Shown in pieces: positions 60,485-64,000 of a DNA stretch of 64,000 nucleotides (position 1 is its first letter; each line of letters opens with the position of its first letter). The position numbers and the translations under genes are program-made. The DNA is from a virus, in the IMG/VR virus record IMGVR_UViG_3300047476_000597, positions 32,001 to 96,000 of that record; one strand, written 5' to 3'. The notes under the pieces were generated by a model. The model made no database searches. It was not told the origin of the DNA and saw only the letters and a list, made by a program, of their open reading frames with translations.

Positions 60485-61039
60485 ATGAGCACTACAACAA
60501 CTGCATCTTTCCCTTGGACATGTGATAATACAACAGGTACTACCGCATTTAAGATAAGATATAGACTATCAGGTACATCAGTATGGACACAAAAAACAGT
60601 GGCACCTTCTGGTACTACTGTGTCTATATCTGGTCTGGACATTAACAGATTATATGATTTCCAGATAGTTAATGTTAATGGCGCTGAGAATCCAGCGTCT
60701 GTTGTTTTTCAGGGTATTAGTTTCACAGACCCTGAACCAGAGTTTTACCCTACTAATATACAGATAGGAGTAGAGTTTGCTAATCTATCAGAGGATATAG
60801 ATACCTATACATTAACAATAGCAAAACTCTCAACACCTGGTACTATTATAGAAACTAGAGTACTAACACCAGCTGATCCTAATACATATACACTAGAGGG
60901 TTTAACACCAGCTACTCAGTATGTTATTACTATAACACCAGCTGCTAACCAGTTTACAAAAACATTCTCTTACTTTGTTACTACTGAAGCACTGGCTACC
61001 TGTCCGGCTCCTAATAATGTAACAGCAACCTTGGCATAA
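60485..61039 (+). CDS. Tandem FN3-domain protein
   Basis: ISGLDINRLYDFQI and LEGLTPATQYVITI. Confidence 0.75.
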   Translation: MSTTTTASFPWTCDNTTGTTAFKIRYRLSGTSVWTQKTVAPSGTTVSISGLDINRLYDFQIVNVNGAENPASVVFQGISFTDPEPEFYPTNIQIGVEFANLSEDIDTYTLTIAKLSTPGTIIETRVLTPADPNTYTLEGLTPATQYVITITPAANQFTKTFSYFVTTEALATCPAPNNVTATLA

Positions 61040-61040
61040 T

Positions 61041-61970
61041 ATGATACTATCAATAACATACGATACACCTACACCACCGGCTACCTGTGGTTTTAAGGCT
61101 CAATACAGAAAGAACACTGCAGCTGTTTATACAGAGATATTGGCAGAGGAATCTTCTACTGGTATGACTGCTACTATAGCTGCTCCTTGTTGTATAGAGG
61201 GTTATGTACAATCTGATTGCTGCGATGGTCTACTATCTGTTAACACTCCTTTTGGTATTAACAGCTACGTAGAGTTTGAAACAGAAGCAGGTAACAATAC
61301 AGAGATTCAACAGTTTACTATTACAGTAACATCAGAGTATGCTAACCCATACGATACTCTGGTAGCTGGTACACTATCTTATACAGTAACAGGAGATCCG
61401 TACACACTAGACTACGATGTTACACTACCAGCTGGTGAAACTACTATTACAGAGAATATAGGAGTAGCACCAACAGTTGCTATAATAACCAGTAATGTGG
61501 TCACTAGTTACTCTCCAATATTCTCATATGGTGGGGAGTTACAACAAACAGACCCATTGCGAACACCTGACTACTTTGCATTCATAGCATCTCCATCAGG
61601 CAGTGTATGGAATGGTTCTCCTACTAGCTTACCCTCATTTACACAAAATGCATTTATAGTAACAGAACAAGATGAGAGTGAGAATGTGACAGCTGGTAAT
61701 CTACTGGTATCATGGATATATGATAGTATCTACGAGGATGGGGTAACACCTTATGATAACGTTACATTTGAGGTATATGACAGCAATAGTGATCTTATAG
61801 GAACTAATATAGTATCTACTAGTACTAAAGGACTCAGGAATACTACAATAGCTCTTACTAAAAACAGTATACCACTGGTAGAAGATAACGAGTTTACAAT
61901 GATTACCCGATGGGACGATAACAGCGAGATTGTTTCTAAGGTCTTTTATCTACCACCAGCTACAGTATAA
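61041..61970 (+). CDS. Beta-rich structural protein
   Basis: Thr/Ser-rich ORF. Confidence 0.6.
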   Translation: MILSITYDTPTPPATCGFKAQYRKNTAAVYTEILAEESSTGMTATIAAPCCIEGYVQSDCCDGLLSVNTPFGINSYVEFETEAGNNTEIQQFTITVTSEYANPYDTLVAGTLSYTVTGDPYTLDYDVTLPAGETTITENIGVAPTVAIITSNVVTSYSPIFSYGGELQQTDPLRTPDYFAFIASPSGSVWNGSPTSLPSFTQNAFIVTEQDESENVTAGNLLVSWIYDSIYEDGVTPYDNVTFEVYDSNSDLIGTNIVSTSTKGLRNTTIALTKNSIPLVEDNEFTMITRWDDNSEIVSKVFYLPPATV

Positions 61971-62001
61971 CAGAGAGTGGTTCCCTCTGCTTTTGGCACA
62001 T

Positions 62002-62025
62002 ACCCTTCTCTACAGAAGGGTTTTG
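62002..62025 (+). terminator. Intrinsic terminator
   Basis: acccttct-ctac-agaagggt followed by ttt. Confidence 0.7.
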
Positions 62026-62082
62026 CTATTACATGTAAAATATTTATTTCTGTGTTGGAATAACATTAACTATCTTTAACCT

Positions 62083-62709
62083 ATGGAACCGGTGCAGTTA
62101 AAAAAACTAAGAACATATAATAAACCAGATCTTAATGCTCCTAGGTATAGAGAAGAATGTGCTAGAATGGATAGTAAACAACAGCTGCAGGAATTAAGAG
62201 AAAAATACCCTAATATAAAAAACTATACAGATTCACAGATAAAAAAGATATTTAAAGAGTTCAACAGTACAACATTAGCAGAGTATATAAGAACGGAAAG
62301 AGAACCAATAGAGTTTCCATTCTCAATGGGCCATATGTTCTTAGGTTCCTATGGAAAATGGTCTGATGGCCGAGTAGATAAGAAACTATCTACTAATATA
62401 GGACTAGAAGCACATCATAGGAATGGGGATAGCGATGGATATGGTCTTTATATTTTCTGGACTGCTTCAGGTGTGACTAGTAAAAAGGTGTTTGCTAATA
62501 ACCACATGTGGGGCTTTACTCCTTGTAGAAATCTTTTGAGAGGTGCTAATGCAGCAGTAAGAGCAGTAGATGGTATGTGGAAGACATTCATTCCTGTTCG
62601 TAATAGTAAGTTTCTTAGAAGAGATGTTATACTAGGAAAAACAGCAATAAACAACAAGATGTTTAACCAAGAAGAGATAGAAAAATACGATGAGTTTTCT
62701 TTTGATTAA
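62083..62709 (+). CDS. IHF-like protein of the crAss tail module
   Basis: IEFPFSMGHM...IFW...FTPCR. Confidence 0.55.
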   Translation: MEPVQLKKLRTYNKPDLNAPRYREECARMDSKQQLQELREKYPNIKNYTDSQIKKIFKEFNSTTLAEYIRTEREPIEFPFSMGHMFLGSYGKWSDGRVDKKLSTNIGLEAHHRNGDSDGYGLYIFWTASGVTSKKVFANNHMWGFTPCRNLLRGANAAVRAVDGMWKTFIPVRNSKFLRRDVILGKTAINNKMFNQEEIEKYDEFSFD

Positions 62710-62719
62710 TAGGTAGAAA

Positions 62720-63400
62720 ATGGCAGCAACAAAAATAGGAACAGTAACTAGTAGGTTAAGAGGAATGGTTAAGGCACATAAGCAAGATGCTCAGGTGACT
62801 GATCGTTTTCTGTATTCTATATGGAAAAAATATGCTAGTGTTGCTATTAAGAGGATGGATATACAAGGCAGACTATTACCATTCTCATCAGTTTTTGAGA
62901 CACTAGATATGGTAGAGTTAGAAGATGTTGATTTTGTAGAGGCAGCAGCTTGTGTACCTGTTAAAAGCTATAGAACACTAAAGAGAACTAAACTAGCTAT
63001 GCCTATGTTTACTGAGGGTGCATATGGTCCTTTAGTCCGTAGCATAACATCATTAGATGGCAGTGTATCATTTACTATAACTACTATGGACACATGGTAC
63101 CACATATCTAAGAGTAAGAACTACCGGTATGATAAGACAAAATATTGTTGGTTTATTAATGACCGGCTTTATTTTCCAGACACACTATTTCCAATGGTTA
63201 GAATAGAAGGAGTTTTTGAAGAAGATATATCTGCTTTTACCTGTTGTGGTGAAGATAGATGTAAACCAAGACAAGAGCAATCTCTTAATGTGCCTGATTA
63301 TCTTATGGCTGATATAGAGCAACTAGTATTGCGTGATCTAGGGATTATTATTCAGATACCTACTGATACTGTACAGGACAATGTTAATATAGCAAAATGA
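62720..63400 (+). CDS. Tail ring protein (crAss-like)
   Basis: RLYFP...IEGVFE...DNVN. Confidence 0.6.
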   Translation: MAATKIGTVTSRLRGMVKAHKQDAQVTDRFLYSIWKKYASVAIKRMDIQGRLLPFSSVFETLDMVELEDVDFVEAAACVPVKSYRTLKRTKLAMPMFTEGAYGPLVRSITSLDGSVSFTITTMDTWYHISKSKNYRYDKTKYCWFINDRLYFPDTLFPMVRIEGVFEEDISAFTCCGEDRCKPRQEQSLNVPDYLMADIEQLVLRDLGIIIQIPTDTVQDNVNIAK

Positions 63401-64000
63401 GCACAAGACTAAAAGAGTTAAAGTGGAGAACATTTGATGACCTTATGAATGAGGTAAACATTGACATGTACTCATTCTCACAGGATAGTAGTATACAGCC
63501 AGCTCAGTTAATAAAGATGGTACAGCTGTGTAACAAAGAGCTAGGTGTTAAGATTCAAAAGACTAAAGAGACTGTGCTAGATGTTTGTGATAAAGCAGCT
63601 AAACTACCAGCTGATTTTGACCTTGCCAATTTTGCGTTAGTAGCCCATCACTGGAAAAGGCATGAATGTACTGATCCAGGTTATCTTACTGGTTATAGTG
63701 TTACTGAACGTTCAATATATCCTGACCCAACATTGACTACATGCCCTTGTTGGACTGTTGTGTCTACTGGTGCCCAGACTACTGTTAAACAATGTGATGG
63801 CACAGAAGAATCCGTATTCTTTCCAGCTAATGATGATAGTTCTGCAAAGACTACTAAGGTGTGTGCTATGAGTATTACACCACATGCTAATCTAGTATTA
63901 ACAGAAGGCAGTGGTTGTTTTTATGATTATGCTACTACTAGTTACAGCTGTACAAAACCAGTTGTTTGTAAGGTGTGTGAAAGAGCCCAACGTTCTTGTG
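63397..64000 (+). CDS. Tail tubular/ring protein, partial
   Basis: MSTRLKELKWRTFDDL...AKLPADF; frame appears open to the window edge. Confidence 0.6.
   Translation, partial: MSTRLKELKWRTFDDLMNEVNIDMYSFSQDSSIQPAQLIKMVQLCNKELGVKIQKTKETVLDVCDKAAKLPADFDLANFALVAHHWKRHECTDPGYLTGYSVTERSIYPDPTLTTCPCWTVVSTGAQTTVKQCDGTEESVFFPANDDSSAKTTKVCAMSITPHANLVLTEGSGCFYDYATTSYSCTKPVVCKVCERAQRSC

Noticed and set aside
49819-61970. Diversity-generating retroelement or invertible fibre cassette
   Set aside because: I saw no reverse transcriptase, recombinase, TR/VR pair or flanking inverted repeats in the window.
1-64000. Genome-wide TAG or TGA recoding as in some crAss-like phages
   Set aside because: Long genes are intact in the standard code; TAG ends PolA, the portal and the phosphoesterase at natural positions, and TGA is used in ATGA couplings.

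Overview
This window is 64 kb of an AT-rich, tailed dsDNA phage genome with crAss-like (Crassvirales-type) architecture. Repeated Bacteroidota-type TAnnTTTG promoter boxes point to a Bacteroidota host. Positions 1 to about 26,850 are almost entirely minus-strand. They carry replication and accessory genes: an SSB-like protein, an AAA ATPase, a Nampt-like plus Prs-like NAD-reconstitution pair, a DnaB-like helicase, a family A DNA polymerase, many small ORFs, a tmRNA and several structured intergenic RNAs. Coding switches strand near 26,900. The plus-strand arm encodes a metallophosphoesterase, an HU/IHF-like protein, a Cas4-like nuclease, five glycosyltransferase-like genes plus an FkbM methyltransferase, an intein-containing terminase, portal, a scaffold-like protein, major capsid, ring/tail proteins, fibres, lysis membrane proteins and a Cys-rich/FN3 virion module. 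The most unusual signals are: (1) strong over-representation of the palindrome CAGCTG together with avoidance of AATT; (2) a glycan-building cassette translationally coupled to the terminase; (3) a tmRNA with a 34-codon tag; (4) an unassigned multi-stem RNA; (5) a RepL-like gene preceded by three TATCC-N6-GGATA boxes. All calls come from motifs read by eye; no searches were run.
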